Source of the DNA: Candidatus Omnitrophota bacterium
Lineage (GTDB): Bacteria; Omnitrophota; Gorgyraeia; JABMRG01; JAFGKX01
DNA: 64,000 nucleotides
Assembly (NCBI GenBank): GCA_043797125.1
Contig: JAZDPX010000038.1
Location: forward strand, 4,071-68,070
Direction: 5' to 3'
Shown here: piece after piece, positions 1-10,698 of the stretch
How positions within the stretch are numbered: position 1 is the first letter of the stretch
Layout of the letters: the number at the start of each line of letters is the position of its first letter
The notes under the pieces: generated by a model
The model's input: the letters and a program-made list of their open reading frames with translations, nothing else
Database searches by the model: none
Told to the model about the DNA's origin: nothing
Made by a program: the position numbers and the translations under genes

Positions 1-827
1 ATACCCCGCCCTGTTTTATGGTCCTTTTCTATAATTTCTATAAAGGCATTATCACATTTATCTCTTATAGCGGGGTCCATTATCCTGTCAAAACCGGCAC
101 TTGCCCCGGTATGTAAAGCCCAATTCAAAACCTCAGTGCCGTTTTTAAAATTAAAATTTATCTCTCCTTCCCAGGTTTCAAGAGGCTTCAATCCTGCCTT
201 AATATAAAGTTTCCTCAAATGGTCCTTGCTTTTTGGTAAACGCAGTGGGAGGTCCATTACATGCCGTATGTGCCCTGGATAACGCTGCATTACTTTTATC
301 CCCGTCTCTCTTAAAGGCAGAAGGGTATCAAATCTATTTTCTATAATACCAAGTTTGCCATTATGCTTTAAAACCCTTTTTATTTTCTCGAACATTTTTA
401 ATGGATAAGAATAGCCTATTGCCCAACCGCAGCAGACGCAATCAAAAGATTCGCTTTCAAAACCGTCCAAAGCTTCTATCATATCTTTGCATATAAACTC
501 GATATTCTCTTTAGCTTTTTCTTTTGCCTTATTAATCATTCCGTCTGAATAATCGACTGCCGTTATCTTATTTTCGCGGGCAATGTATTTTCTTAATTCG
601 GATGTGATTATTCCTGTCCCGCAGGCTAAATCCAAAGCTCTTGCAGTATTAGCTACATTTAACCTTTTAACCAATTCGGATGAATGAGGTTTTGTAAAAT
701 TTGAAAAATAATTATCATAGGTAGGTGCCAATGAATTATAATCGTTTTTTATTATATCCTTGGGCACCAGCCTTTTTGATAAAAGCAAAAAGAAAATTTT
801 TAAATAAAAATGCAGCTTCCTGATCAT
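1..827 (-). CDS. Class I SAM-dependent methyltransferase. The 3' end runs off the window start.
   Basis: Minus-strand translation from ATG at 827 gives MIRKLHFYLK...LDLACGTGIITSEL, the glycine-rich SAM-binding motif I, with no stop before position 1. It is absent from the ORF track because it is open at the window edge. Confidence 0.7.
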   Translation of the reverse strand, partial: MIRKLHFYLKIFFLLLSKRLVPKDIIKNDYNSLAPTYDNYFSNFTKPHSSELVKRLNVANTARALDLACGTGIITSELRKYIARENKITAVDYSDGMINKAKEKAKENIEFICKDMIEALDGFESESFDCVCCGWAIGYSYPLKMFEKIKRVLKHNGKLGIIENRFDTLLPLRETGIKVMQRYPGHIRHVMDLPLRLPKSKDHLRKLYIKAGLKPLETWEGEINFNFKNGTEVLNWALHTGASAGFDRIMDPAIRDKCDNAFIEIIEKDHKTGRG

Positions 828-831
828 TTAT

Positions 832-1230
832 CTACCGCGGCCTATAGATAACTAAAAACATACCGGTTAAAATCAAGCATGCGATAGGCCCTAAAACAGC
901 CCCTATGCTAATGCCGAAGAAGAATGTCCCTGTTAAAAAGCCGTTTACCGAGCCGAGGATAGCCCCTCCCAGTAAACCATACAGCAGCCCGTATTTAATA
1001 GTGCGTCTTTTTATAAGGGCGTTGACCAGCAGATTAACTGTAACCGCCCCGCAAGCCGCACCCCAGCCAATTCCCCAGACTACCAACATAAATTTAGACC
1101 AGCTACCTGTAGGTGAGCCTTCGAGAACTCCAGATACTACCTGCGTAAAAAACAAACTTGCCGCCGAAGACAATACCGTGCCAATGGCTACAACTACGAT
1201 ACGCACTATTTGCTTTTTTTCTACTTTCAT
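832..1230 (-). CDS. Small glycine-zipper membrane protein, GlsB/YeaQ/YmgE-like.
   Basis: 132-aa ORF with repeated GxxxG-rich hydrophobic segments (GLLYGLLGGAILGSVNGFLTG, GISIGAVLGPIACLILTG). The overlapping plus-strand ORF 905..1246 is judged spurious. Confidence 0.5.
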   Translation of the reverse strand: MKVEKKQIVRIVVVAIGTVLSSAASLFFTQVVSGVLEGSPTGSWSKFMLVVWGIGWGAACGAVTVNLLVNALIKRRTIKYGLLYGLLGGAILGSVNGFLTGTFFFGISIGAVLGPIACLILTGMFLVIYRPR

Positions 1231-1286
1231 ATTTATTCTCCTGTAAATGGTGTGCTTCTATTGTTTATAATACAGGCCTTTTTGGC

Positions 1287-2321
1287 CTATTTTGAAACAG
1301 TTTGATTTTTTGCCGAAATCACATTCGTTAATAGGTTTTCGATTGATTTTCCTATTATGACAGAACTTTTCTTTGTATACCCGCCGGAAAGAACCATTAA
1401 TATAGGGGTTCTTTTTTCTAAAGCGCTTCTGAATACTATTTCATCGCGCCTAATTATTCCATCCGCTGTTATATCCATGCGCCCTAACGGATCGCTTTTG
1501 AAAATATCGGTGCCGGCGTTATATATTATAAGGTCAGGGGCAGTCTTTTTGATTGCCTCGGGAATTTCTCTCTGTATTAACGCCAGATATTCTTTATCCG
1601 CTGTCTGCGAGGGAAGCGGGAACTGAAAATCTATGTATTTTTTTGCGTCAAAATCATTAGGGTATATCTCGCCGTTAAAAACATCGAAAATATTAACCCT
1701 GGGGTCATCCGCAAAAATCGACTCTACGCCGTTTCCCTGATGAGCGTCAAGGTCAATAATCAATATAGACATATCCGGCCTTTGCTTAAATAATTTATAT
1801 ACAGCTATAGGAATATCCGCAAAGAAACAAAACCCGCTCCCGGAATCGGCTTTCGCGTGGTGATAACCTCCGGATAAGTTTATCGCCCATCCGTGTTTTA
1901 GCGCTAATTGAGACCCCAGTATTGTTCCGCCAACCGCATACTTCATGGGTTTTAGGAGCCGTTCTTGTAAAAGAAAGTTCGGTAATGACGCGAGAATTTG
2001 TAATTCAGCAATCCTTGCGACATTTGCGGAGTTTTTTAATGAATCTAAATATTCCTGCGTGTGAACAGATAAAAGACCTTGCTCCGAAACAATCTCGGGA
2101 TTATAAAAATCACTCTTATTTAGCTTGGCTTCGTTTATCAAATATCGATATGCCTTCCCGTATTTTTCGCTGTCAAAAGGATGCAATTTTTCTAACCCGA
2201 ACAGCGTAATGTTATACTTGTCTGTATAAATAATATTTATTTTATAGGATGTTTCCACTGCATTTAATCCATCTATGGGAAAAGCAAGCATGATACACGC
2301 GATGATTGCGGCCTTTTTCAT
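1287..2321 (-). CDS. Secreted histone-deacetylase-family (arginase/deacetylase fold) hydrolase.
   Basis: 344 aa with an N-terminal signal peptide (MKKAAIIACIMLAFPIDGLNA). HDAC-family motifs are present: HHAKADSGSGFCFF, IIDLDAHQGNGVE and LSGGYT. Its start overlaps the stop of the upstream A2M gene in an ATGA-type overlap. Confidence 0.8.
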   Translation of the reverse strand: MKKAAIIACIMLAFPIDGLNAVETSYKINIIYTDKYNITLFGLEKLHPFDSEKYGKAYRYLINEAKLNKSDFYNPEIVSEQGLLSVHTQEYLDSLKNSANVARIAELQILASLPNFLLQERLLKPMKYAVGGTILGSQLALKHGWAINLSGGYHHAKADSGSGFCFFADIPIAVYKLFKQRPDMSILIIDLDAHQGNGVESIFADDPRVNIFDVFNGEIYPNDFDAKKYIDFQFPLPSQTADKEYLALIQREIPEAIKKTAPDLIIYNAGTDIFKSDPLGRMDITADGIIRRDEIVFRSALEKRTPILMVLSGGYTKKSSVIIGKSIENLLTNVISAKNQTVSK

Positions 2322-5300
2322 TTTTTGATTTTTTGTTCGATAACTTTTATAATAAACCCCGCGCTATGCGCAGCCATATCCGGCGCATACATCGACTGTA
2401 AAGTAGCAGAGCCTATACGATAGGTCCCTGGCTTTGTGGGTTTAAGCCTATAGCGCAGGATATATTCGCCGTGCGGGAGCCAGCCTATGAAAAAATTGGT
2501 AAGCGAATCCCGTGGTTCCTCATAAAAATGTAGCTGGTCATAATTCCAGCCGCTTAAAAGAATCTCTGCCTCAAAACCGGCCGCTTTAAGATCCTTAAGA
2601 TGCATATATTCAAACTGGCTTCGCGTATTTATCTTAAGCTGCACTTCTATCTGGTCGCCTACGGAAACTTCTTCGCCTGAATTTATAAGTTTTAGATGAT
2701 AGAAATCGCCTTCTTTTATTCTTCTGTAAAATTTGCGGTCAAGTTCCAGCATGCCCGGGGTTGAGGCTTGGGGAATTTCATCCGTCGAATATGTCCATGT
2801 CATGCCGGCAAAAGCAAGGCCAGGGCCTTCTTTTTCAATTAAAGCTTTGTTCATTTCCGGGGTAATATCAAAACCTGTTTGCTGCCAGCGAATCGGTTCG
2901 TTTAGCCAATCATCCGCCTTTATAACTTCGGAGTAGGTTTTGCTGCCCCATTTTACGGTGAATGTCTCATCGGCGCTTAAAGCGCCTCGCTGGTTCAGAT
3001 AGTCAAGAAGACAGTAGACAGCCGCGACAGAGGCTTTTGTAGATTTCCATACCGTGCCTTTTCGGTTAAAAAGAAGCCATTGGATCATTCCGGGAATGCG
3101 TTTATCTTCCGGGCGCAGCTTCTGTAAGGCGCGAAGGAAAAAGGCGTGTTTTTCGACTGTATCAGAATACCAGACCCAGGAATATTTTTCAGGTGCCCAA
3201 TAAACACCGGCAACCGGGTCTTCTCTTGCCCCGTCCATAGCCATATCCAGTAAACTTTCGGCTTTCTTTTTATCTCCCAGGCGAAGATAAGTAAAACTAA
3301 GATAGGCCTTGCTCAGCGGGGTCATTTCATCGATATGGTTTTCTAAAAATACCAGCCACGACTTTGCCGCCTCATGGCCTTTTTTGGCTTCTGAAAATTC
3401 TCCAGCGGGATAAGATGTTACCACATAAGCCGCGAAGGAAATAAGCGCGAGGTCTCTTTCTTGTGGTTTTAGGATGTAAGGAATCTCATTATTAACATAT
3501 CTAAGAGCCCCCTGAATTATATCTTTAGGCACTTCGACTCCGTAGTTCATAGCCTCGGCTAATCCTGAAAGAACATACAGGGTCATATAAGAATCAGGCT
3601 CTCCTCCCGGCCACCAGGGAAAAGCGCCGTTTGCAAGCTGCGCTTTTTTTAATTTGTTAAAGTTTATTGCTTTTTGTGACTCAACTATCTTCGGGTCAAG
3701 GAGGTCAATTATAGATGCAGGCTGGCCGCCTTCCGATTCTAAAACCCACGGTGTCTCCATCAGCGTAATCAGGCGCCTGGGGTCATCTTTTTCCCAGGGC
3801 GCGGTCACGGTTTTACGCTCGGGAATTTTACTTACAGCTTCCTGGATAGCCGGATATTTTTTATAGACTTCGTTAACTATGCTTAACGGTACATATTTAT
3901 TCAATATCTGCTCAACGCATTCATGGGGATACTCGACAAGAAAGGGTATTGTATTTAATATGCTTAAGGCAAGCTGGGGCTCGACCTGAAGGACCATTGA
4001 TTCGTTAATTCGCGTAGCATCATCCTTAATGGAGATTTCCAGGCTTTTTGATTCACTGCCGGATAATGTAGTAAATGCGGACTCGATAAGCCTTTGTCTT
4101 GAGGGAAGAATGGGCAGCTGTCTTTCCTCCGCATCAGAGAGCTTATCAGTTACCGCAACTACTTTAACCTTGTAAGTGCTCACGCCTTCAGGTATTTCTA
4201 TCATCCAGTTGAAACTGCCTAAGCTGTGAGGCTCTATTTTAAAATTTCTTTTATTGCTGCCTAGTTTCAATTTTTCATTGATTATTTCATTGTTCTCGAT
4301 TATATCAATAAACAATTCGCCCTCAACAGGCTGTTCTGATTCATTATGCACAATAGCGGTTACCATGCCTTTGTCTTTTTCGCGGAAAAATCGCGGTATG
4401 TCGGCGCGCACCATAAGGTCCTTCCTGGTAACTGCTTCTTCGGTTAGGGTGCCTTCTTTTATGTCCTTGGTAAAAGCGAACAACTTTATTTTCCAGCTTG
4501 TTAATTGCTCGGGAGAAGTAAAACTAAACTGCGCCGAACCATTTTCACTTGTTGTAAAAATATGAGGTTTAAAAAAAGCTGTATCAGCGAATTCCTTTCT
4601 TGTTTCTATTTTTTTTGCCGCTTCCTCGTATTTGCCCTCCCCGGATTCACACATTCTTGCGCCTTGGGTAACAGCTTCGTCCAGGGCATACCACTCATAA
4701 TTGATATCCATGCCCTTCGAAAGTGTTCTGCCGTAATATTCTCCTCTTGCCCACATCCTGCTTGTACGCAGCCCCGGAGGATTATATTCTTTTGGGCCCT
4801 GCCTAAAGAACCCGAGCAATTTCCAAAGCGTACCCCTTACAACAGGCACAATCGCTACGAACTGATTACGCGCGGGATAGCTCCAGCTCCAAAAACCGGG
4901 CGTGTCCCGTAAAGCATAAAGGCTGTCCAGCCATGGGTTTTTGGATGTTATATAATATTCGAGTGAGCGGTCGTACATCAAAGCGAGAACTTCACTTTCA
5001 GCGGGCATGTTCTTTGAATCGCTGACCTTTACTCCCCAGCCGGCCTCTTTACCCGGCGTTAATTCCTTATCAAAAGGCTCAAGGGAAATATTAAGTTTCT
5101 TCTCTTCCCAGGGAACCGCGACTGTCGCCTGCCCGTTATATATATTTAATTCTTTCACTCCAAACCAGCGTAAGGTGAAACCGCCTTTCATTTCTTCTGT
5201 CACGGGAATCTCAATTAATCTTACCTGTTGATTGTTGTCAATAAGCCGACGGCTTAAAAAATGCTTTCCTGTCCAGAGTTCAATATGATAGGTGCCTGAT

Positions 5301-8300
5301 CCCAGAGCCGAACCAAAAATGAATCTTGCTGTATCTTTTATTTTATATTCATTTTTTTCTGCCAGCATAACAGAAGCCGCCTTTACAGGCACTGCTTCTT
5401 GTGTGTTTTTTGCCACCACAAAAATTTTGGCTTGCTCAACATCCGCTGCCCATTCGTCACGGGATTTTATAGTAATTCTATATGCCCCCTGCGGCAGAGG
5501 CGAAAGTTTTATCGCGGCCTTGCCTTCTTCATCGTGTTGAACTTCTCCTTGAGCCACTAATTTATCATTCAAAACACCTTTAAGCTGAAAATCCAAAGGC
5601 GGCGTCCAACCCTGATATCCCCACTGATTATCCGCTAATTCAGTGAGTGGTTTAGCTGGGGTATCAGCCAAAGTAAAAACCTCATAGCTGCTTATCCCCG
5701 GCATCGCGGTATCATTTAGGCTTAGCCGCTTTGAATCAATCTCTATTGCCTCATCCTCTAAACTGAATCCTTTTTTCGGCTCAATTGTAAGATAAACGGC
5801 GTTTTTACCGGATTTATAAGACTGCTGTGCCTGAATAGTCCTTCCTCCGGAATCGCGGGCTTCAACTTCGACTAAAAATTCCGCGATATCAGGTATGTTG
5901 CCTCCGTATTCTTGAGACCCGGGCGTGGGAATAAAAGGAATAATAAAATTTCCCTCTTTATCGGTTTTAAGATCGCCTGTCGCGATTTCCTGCGCGCTGC
6001 TTTTATAATCTTGCTCAAACCAATAACGATAACACCATGGGATGTATGCTTGCCGTTTAATGCGATATTTAATCGCAGCTTCAGGTACAGGGCCGCCAAA
6101 ATAATATGAAACTTGCCCCTTGATTTCCACAGGTTCGTTATATTTCCATGCTTGTGCAGCAGGCTTAATCGTAATTTCAAATTCCGGCTGTTTATATTCT
6201 TCTACTGAAAAATAAACATCAACGCTATTTGAAAAATGTCCGTCTACGCATACAGCCCTTAGCCCGTATCTGCCCAATAACCTGCCTTGGGGTATTTCGA
6301 AACTTAAATCCGAGCTGCCAAATTCATTAAGCTTAACGCTTTCTCTCAGAAAATCCTCATGAATAGGGTCGTAAACGGTAAACTTTACTTCTTTTGCGCC
6401 GGTCAAAGCCGCAAACCCCTGCGGCGTCCTTCGAACTGCTATCACCTTTGCCTGCACTTTATGCCCGGGCCGGTATATCGGCCTGTCTGTTTCAATAAAA
6501 AGCTCTATCGGGTTTGGCGGGGCAAAATCAAGAGATAGACACCTGGGCCAATATGAAAAAGAATTACCAGACTTAGCAAGAGGGTCTACGCTATAACGAT
6601 TGTTGGTGGTCCGAGGGGCAACGCAGACCGGCAAGGATATGTAAGCGTAGCCTTCTTTATCTGTTATAAGATTAAAATTATTTTCCTTTGACTGCGGGTA
6701 TGATAAAGACGTATAAGCATCTAAGTCAACGTTGTCTTGGGGTTTGCCTGTTTTAGCGTTTAAAGCGTAAAAGCGAAAACCTTCATCGTCAATTCCTGCC
6801 TGCCCACTGCCTTCCACAAAATCAAAACAAGCATCATAGGTTTTGGTGGTAAATCCCGCTGTGCCGATAAGCACAAAATCGGTGATATTAAGAAAACAAG
6901 CCGAAAAAAGTTGGCCGCCTATCTCAAAAGACTTATCTGCGCAAGCTAAAACCAGATAAATCCCAGCTTGCAGCTGCGGAGGGTCTATTGTGTTGGTAAC
7001 GTATGCGTAATCGCCTCTATCAGTGGTTTCGCTGCCCCATTCTTTATAAGGAGTTTTCCCCGGCAGATATGATTGAAGCCAGTTCTTGTTGCGGTCCAGA
7101 TAAAACCAGTTAGGGTTAAATAAATCGGACCAGCCGTTAAAATCAGCTTTGTATCTAGAGCTGATTTTCCAGCTAATATACTCTTGTTTAAGCTCCCGTG
7201 GTTCTACTGGGTAAATACGAAAATAGACTTTTTTAAGATTTTTTGTAGTTATGGTAAACGCCCCTGCACCCGGAGGCATGGCGGTTTTTACCTGAAGCTG
7301 ACAGGCAGGCATCTGAATCTGTGAACGCAGGGCCTGGGCATGATAACAGAAATCAGTATCCGCGAAATCTTTCTCTATCTTCTCGCATAATTTTACAGCT
7401 TCAACCAATTTATCAGTGTCTTTTAATATTAAAGCTGCCTCTAAAGCCGCGTTCGCTTTAGCGTTATTTGTATTAAATTCCTCCATCCACTTAAGAAGGA
7501 TGTCCTTGGCGCGGCGGCGGTACTCTTTTGAATCTTCATCATCGTACAAAGCCTTATCTTGGGCTAAATCTCTTAAATCAAATAAATTGGTATATTCTAA
7601 AGGAAGCAGCAGCCGTTTTATTTTCCATCGTTCAGCCGCCTCAAGGCGGCGTTCTTGATTAAATCTGCCTGCTTCCCCGATTAGTTCAGCTGCCAGTAAT
7701 GCCGGAGGATCTTCCAGATTAACAGGGAGATTAAACTCTTCTGCTGATAATAAATCTGCCTTTGGTTTGGCCGCTCCATCATTTGCGTATTCGGTCTCTG
7801 TATTTAAGAGAAAATCAGAGAAGCTGAAAATTAAATAATCAAAGAGTGTCGGATACATCCCAAAGTCTACATTTTTGATATTAAAAAAATAACCTTCCTG
7901 CGCCATATCCATCTGCGCGAGACTATTCCGCAATTCCCAAAGCTGCCTGTAAGCTAATCTGATTTCATCTTTTATTTCAGCGGGTGTCAGGCGAAAAACA
8001 TCCCCATCCTTTTCCTCGTCTATTGCATCGCCTCTTTGGGTAAATGAATACCGCTCTAAAAAATTTGTGAGCATCTCAGTTTTAAGGATTAAAATGCGGG
8101 CGCTATGGAGTGTTTGGGCGGGAGTTGGCGTAGAAATTAACTTTTGCGCAGCTTCTCCATAACGATAAAGATGGGCTAAAGATTCGCATATTCTAAAAAA
8201 CGCTTTCCAATGTATCTCGGCATCCGCGTTTTCTTTAAATACCGACTCGTATTCCTTTAATGCCTCCTGATATGTTCCTTTGCTAAACAGCTCATCAGCT

Positions 8301-8383
8301 TTTTTTATATCGGAAGCGAGGCATGTTCCGCTGAAAAAAAGCAACAATAACCCGAAGGCGCTATATTTGCATATCTTTTTCAT
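2318..8383 (-). CDS. Alpha-2-macroglobulin family protein (2021 aa) with an N-terminal signal peptide or lipoprotein-like leader and a TPR-like region.
   Basis: Giant ORF with signal peptide MKKICKYSAFGLLLLFFSGTC. The thioester motif YPHECVEQ (CxEQ) is characteristic of bacterial A2M. Its size and domain repeats fit the YfhM/ECAM family. Confidence 0.8.
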   Translation of the reverse strand: MKKICKYSAFGLLLLFFSGTCLASDIKKADELFSKGTYQEALKEYESVFKENADAEIHWKAFFRICESLAHLYRYGEAAQKLISTPTPAQTLHSARILILKTEMLTNFLERYSFTQRGDAIDEEKDGDVFRLTPAEIKDEIRLAYRQLWELRNSLAQMDMAQEGYFFNIKNVDFGMYPTLFDYLIFSFSDFLLNTETEYANDGAAKPKADLLSAEEFNLPVNLEDPPALLAAELIGEAGRFNQERRLEAAERWKIKRLLLPLEYTNLFDLRDLAQDKALYDDEDSKEYRRRAKDILLKWMEEFNTNNAKANAALEAALILKDTDKLVEAVKLCEKIEKDFADTDFCYHAQALRSQIQMPACQLQVKTAMPPGAGAFTITTKNLKKVYFRIYPVEPRELKQEYISWKISSRYKADFNGWSDLFNPNWFYLDRNKNWLQSYLPGKTPYKEWGSETTDRGDYAYVTNTIDPPQLQAGIYLVLACADKSFEIGGQLFSACFLNITDFVLIGTAGFTTKTYDACFDFVEGSGQAGIDDEGFRFYALNAKTGKPQDNVDLDAYTSLSYPQSKENNFNLITDKEGYAYISLPVCVAPRTTNNRYSVDPLAKSGNSFSYWPRCLSLDFAPPNPIELFIETDRPIYRPGHKVQAKVIAVRRTPQGFAALTGAKEVKFTVYDPIHEDFLRESVKLNEFGSSDLSFEIPQGRLLGRYGLRAVCVDGHFSNSVDVYFSVEEYKQPEFEITIKPAAQAWKYNEPVEIKGQVSYYFGGPVPEAAIKYRIKRQAYIPWCYRYWFEQDYKSSAQEIATGDLKTDKEGNFIIPFIPTPGSQEYGGNIPDIAEFLVEVEARDSGGRTIQAQQSYKSGKNAVYLTIEPKKGFSLEDEAIEIDSKRLSLNDTAMPGISSYEVFTLADTPAKPLTELADNQWGYQGWTPPLDFQLKGVLNDKLVAQGEVQHDEEGKAAIKLSPLPQGAYRITIKSRDEWAADVEQAKIFVVAKNTQEAVPVKAASVMLAEKNEYKIKDTARFIFGSALGSGTYHIELWTGKHFLSRRLIDNNQQVRLIEIPVTEEMKGGFTLRWFGVKELNIYNGQATVAVPWEEKKLNISLEPFDKELTPGKEAGWGVKVSDSKNMPAESEVLALMYDRSLEYYITSKNPWLDSLYALRDTPGFWSWSYPARNQFVAIVPVVRGTLWKLLGFFRQGPKEYNPPGLRTSRMWARGEYYGRTLSKGMDINYEWYALDEAVTQGARMCESGEGKYEEAAKKIETRKEFADTAFFKPHIFTTSENGSAQFSFTSPEQLTSWKIKLFAFTKDIKEGTLTEEAVTRKDLMVRADIPRFFREKDKGMVTAIVHNESEQPVEGELFIDIIENNEIINEKLKLGSNKRNFKIEPHSLGSFNWMIEIPEGVSTYKVKVVAVTDKLSDAEERQLPILPSRQRLIESAFTTLSGSESKSLEISIKDDATRINESMVLQVEPQLALSILNTIPFLVEYPHECVEQILNKYVPLSIVNEVYKKYPAIQEAVSKIPERKTVTAPWEKDDPRRLITLMETPWVLESEGGQPASIIDLLDPKIVESQKAINFNKLKKAQLANGAFPWWPGGEPDSYMTLYVLSGLAEAMNYGVEVPKDIIQGALRYVNNEIPYILKPQERDLALISFAAYVVTSYPAGEFSEAKKGHEAAKSWLVFLENHIDEMTPLSKAYLSFTYLRLGDKKKAESLLDMAMDGAREDPVAGVYWAPEKYSWVWYSDTVEKHAFFLRALQKLRPEDKRIPGMIQWLLFNRKGTVWKSTKASVAAVYCLLDYLNQRGALSADETFTVKWGSKTYSEVIKADDWLNEPIRWQQTGFDITPEMNKALIEKEGPGLAFAGMTWTYSTDEIPQASTPGMLELDRKFYRRIKEGDFYHLKLINSGEEVSVGDQIEVQLKINTRSQFEYMHLKDLKAAGFEAEILLSGWNYDQLHFYEEPRDSLTNFFIGWLPHGEYILRYRLKPTKPGTYRIGSATLQSMYAPDMAAHSAGFIIKVIEQKIKK

Positions 8384-10665
8384 TAGCTATAACTAAATAC
8401 GATTTTATCGCCGGATACAGCCATTGCTATCTTGCAATTTTTGCAAGACAGTAAATATTGAGCAAGCGGCTTGAGTAAATTGTCCTCTATAGTCTTATTA
8501 ATAAATTTAGCGCCAAACTTTATGCTGTATCCCTTATTAAGCAGAAATTCTATCGTATCGTCGTTGGCCTGCACTATAAAACCCTTAGACACTAGTCTGC
8601 TGAGTACATTCTGCACTTTTTTATTAATTATCTTTCTAATGCAATCGCGGCCGATAGGATTAAAATAGATAATTTTATCTATAGAGTTTAAGAAGCTTTC
8701 TCCAAAACACTTTTTAATTTCGATTTCCAGTATATTTCTAACCTTACTGCACAGCTGCCGGTATTCTAAGCCTTCTAATTGTTTCTCGTTTAAAACCTCA
8801 GCGCCTATATTAGATGTTAAAATAAATGTTGCATGGGTAAAATATACTTTTTCTCCGTCAGCGTCGCTTAAAGTACCTTTATCAAATATTTGTTTTAATA
8901 AAGATAAAACATTAGGATGCGCTTTTTCTATTTCGTCTAACAATATTATTGAATTAGGGTTTGATCTTATGCTGCTTATCAATCTGCTTTCCTGCTCATA
9001 GCCTATGTAGCCAGGGGCAGCTCCTAAAATCCTGCTTGTGCTTGTTTCATCCTTAAATTCAGCCATATCAAAAGAAACCAACCTGCTTTCATCCCCCAGC
9101 AATGCCACTGTCAATGATTTTGCCAGTTCTGTTTTTCCTACGCCGGATGGCCCCACAAAAAGAAATACGCCTTCCGGCCTTTGAGGATTAATATCCATGC
9201 CCATTTTTGTTAATTGTATTACCTCAACCAGCTCTTTTATGGCCTCATCTTGCCCTATAACCCTCTGCTTTAGTCTATCGCTTAGCAAGGCCAATTCATT
9301 TGTTTTAACAGCTAGTAACTGCGTAATAGGCACTTGTGCGTCTTTGGCTATTACAGCCGCAACTTTTTCTGCGGTAACGATTTTATCGCTATTCTGATCT
9401 ATCTTTTCCTTAGCGCAGGTATGATCCAGCAGGTCAATGGATTTACCAGGAAAATGCCTATCCTTGATATATTTATCAGCGAGCTCGGTTGCCGCATTGA
9501 TGGCTTCATCCGTTATTTTCACATTATGAAACTTTTCAAACCTATCCTTGCATTTATTCAGAATTTTGATTGTCTGCTCAATTGTCGGCTCGTTTATATA
9601 TACTGGCTGAAACCTTCGCTTTAAAGCCTTGTCTTTCTCCAAAAATTGCCTGTTTTCTTTTGTCGTTGTTGCGCCGATGCATCTTAGGTTTCCTCTGGCC
9701 AAGGCTGGTTTCAGTATATTAGCAGCGTCACTTAAACCTTTTTCCCCGCCTGCGCCAACTACCATATGTATTTCATCAATAAATAAAATAATAGATGGGT
9801 TCTTTGTGCATTCATCAATAATTCTTTTTATATTTTCCTCAAACTGCCCTCTTAATGTTGTGCCCGCAACTAAAGAGGTTATGCTTATCTCTACAATTTC
9901 CTTATCCAGCATTGCCGTCGGCACTTTGCCTTCTACTATCAGCTGGGCTATCCCCTCGGCAATAGCGGTTTTTCCTACTCCGGCATCTCCTATAAGAAGT
10001 GGATTGTTTTGCTGCTTTTTGCATAAGATTTCTATGGCGGTTTGCATCTCTTCGTCACGGAAATAAACCGGGTCTAATTTACCTTCTTTTGCTAATAGGT
10101 TTAAATTTCTGCCGAATTGCGTTAGGGCTAAGTCGGAACTGACGGAACTATAATCTTCGGTGGCTTTTAGTAACCTTTTTGAGGGCGCGTATGATTTATG
10201 CGTATCGGCGCTATCAACTGCTTCCGTTAAATCCACATATGAAATATTCGCTATTTCCTCAAGAAACGTTTCGAATTTTAGATTTATTTGTTTAATTAAT
10301 TTGAGAATACAGTTATTTTTAGTTAAAAAAATTGCTCTTAGCAAATCATAAGGCTCTATAAGCGAAGAGCTGCGCTTTTTAGCCTCCTCATTGGCTGTGT
10401 CAAAATACTTATTTTGCTGTTCTAAATTAGCTTTATTAGACGGGTCATCCGGGAAATTTTTGATCAGATAATGAGAAATAGTGTTCTTAATTTCATTTTC
10501 ATCAAGTTTTAGCTTGGCCTGAATTACCAGCCACAAAGGATGCTGCATATTGATTAAAGCATATAAAACAAGCTCCTCTTTTGTAACAGGCTTTAGCATG
10601 CATACGGAGCTTTTTTTAGCCTGTTGCAATACAATTTTTGCTTCTTCGCTGAAGTTTGTTCTCAT
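8383..10665 (-). CDS. ClpA/ClpC-type double AAA+ ATPase (Clp protease ATP-binding subunit-like).
   Basis: 760 aa with Clp N-domain-like repeats. D1 Walker A is GDAGVGKTAIAEG and D2 Walker A is GPSGVGKTELAKSL, with no ClpB-type middle domain. Its stop overlaps the A2M start codon by 1 nt. Confidence 0.8.
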   Translation of the reverse strand: MRTNFSEEAKIVLQQAKKSSVCMLKPVTKEELVLYALINMQHPLWLVIQAKLKLDENEIKNTISHYLIKNFPDDPSNKANLEQQNKYFDTANEEAKKRSSSLIEPYDLLRAIFLTKNNCILKLIKQINLKFETFLEEIANISYVDLTEAVDSADTHKSYAPSKRLLKATEDYSSVSSDLALTQFGRNLNLLAKEGKLDPVYFRDEEMQTAIEILCKKQQNNPLLIGDAGVGKTAIAEGIAQLIVEGKVPTAMLDKEIVEISITSLVAGTTLRGQFEENIKRIIDECTKNPSIILFIDEIHMVVGAGGEKGLSDAANILKPALARGNLRCIGATTTKENRQFLEKDKALKRRFQPVYINEPTIEQTIKILNKCKDRFEKFHNVKITDEAINAATELADKYIKDRHFPGKSIDLLDHTCAKEKIDQNSDKIVTAEKVAAVIAKDAQVPITQLLAVKTNELALLSDRLKQRVIGQDEAIKELVEVIQLTKMGMDINPQRPEGVFLFVGPSGVGKTELAKSLTVALLGDESRLVSFDMAEFKDETSTSRILGAAPGYIGYEQESRLISSIRSNPNSIILLDEIEKAHPNVLSLLKQIFDKGTLSDADGEKVYFTHATFILTSNIGAEVLNEKQLEGLEYRQLCSKVRNILEIEIKKCFGESFLNSIDKIIYFNPIGRDCIRKIINKKVQNVLSRLVSKGFIVQANDDTIEFLLNKGYSIKFGAKFINKTIEDNLLKPLAQYLLSCKNCKIAMAVSGDKIVFSYS

Positions 10666-10698
10666 TCTTATTATTCTATTTTATTGCAGTGAAACTCA

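Noticed and set aside
2733-8383. Numerous 60-135 aa plus-strand ORFs inside the A2M, Clp and other large minus-strand genes.
   Set aside because: They are antisense to long, motif-supported genes and are typical shadow ORFs.
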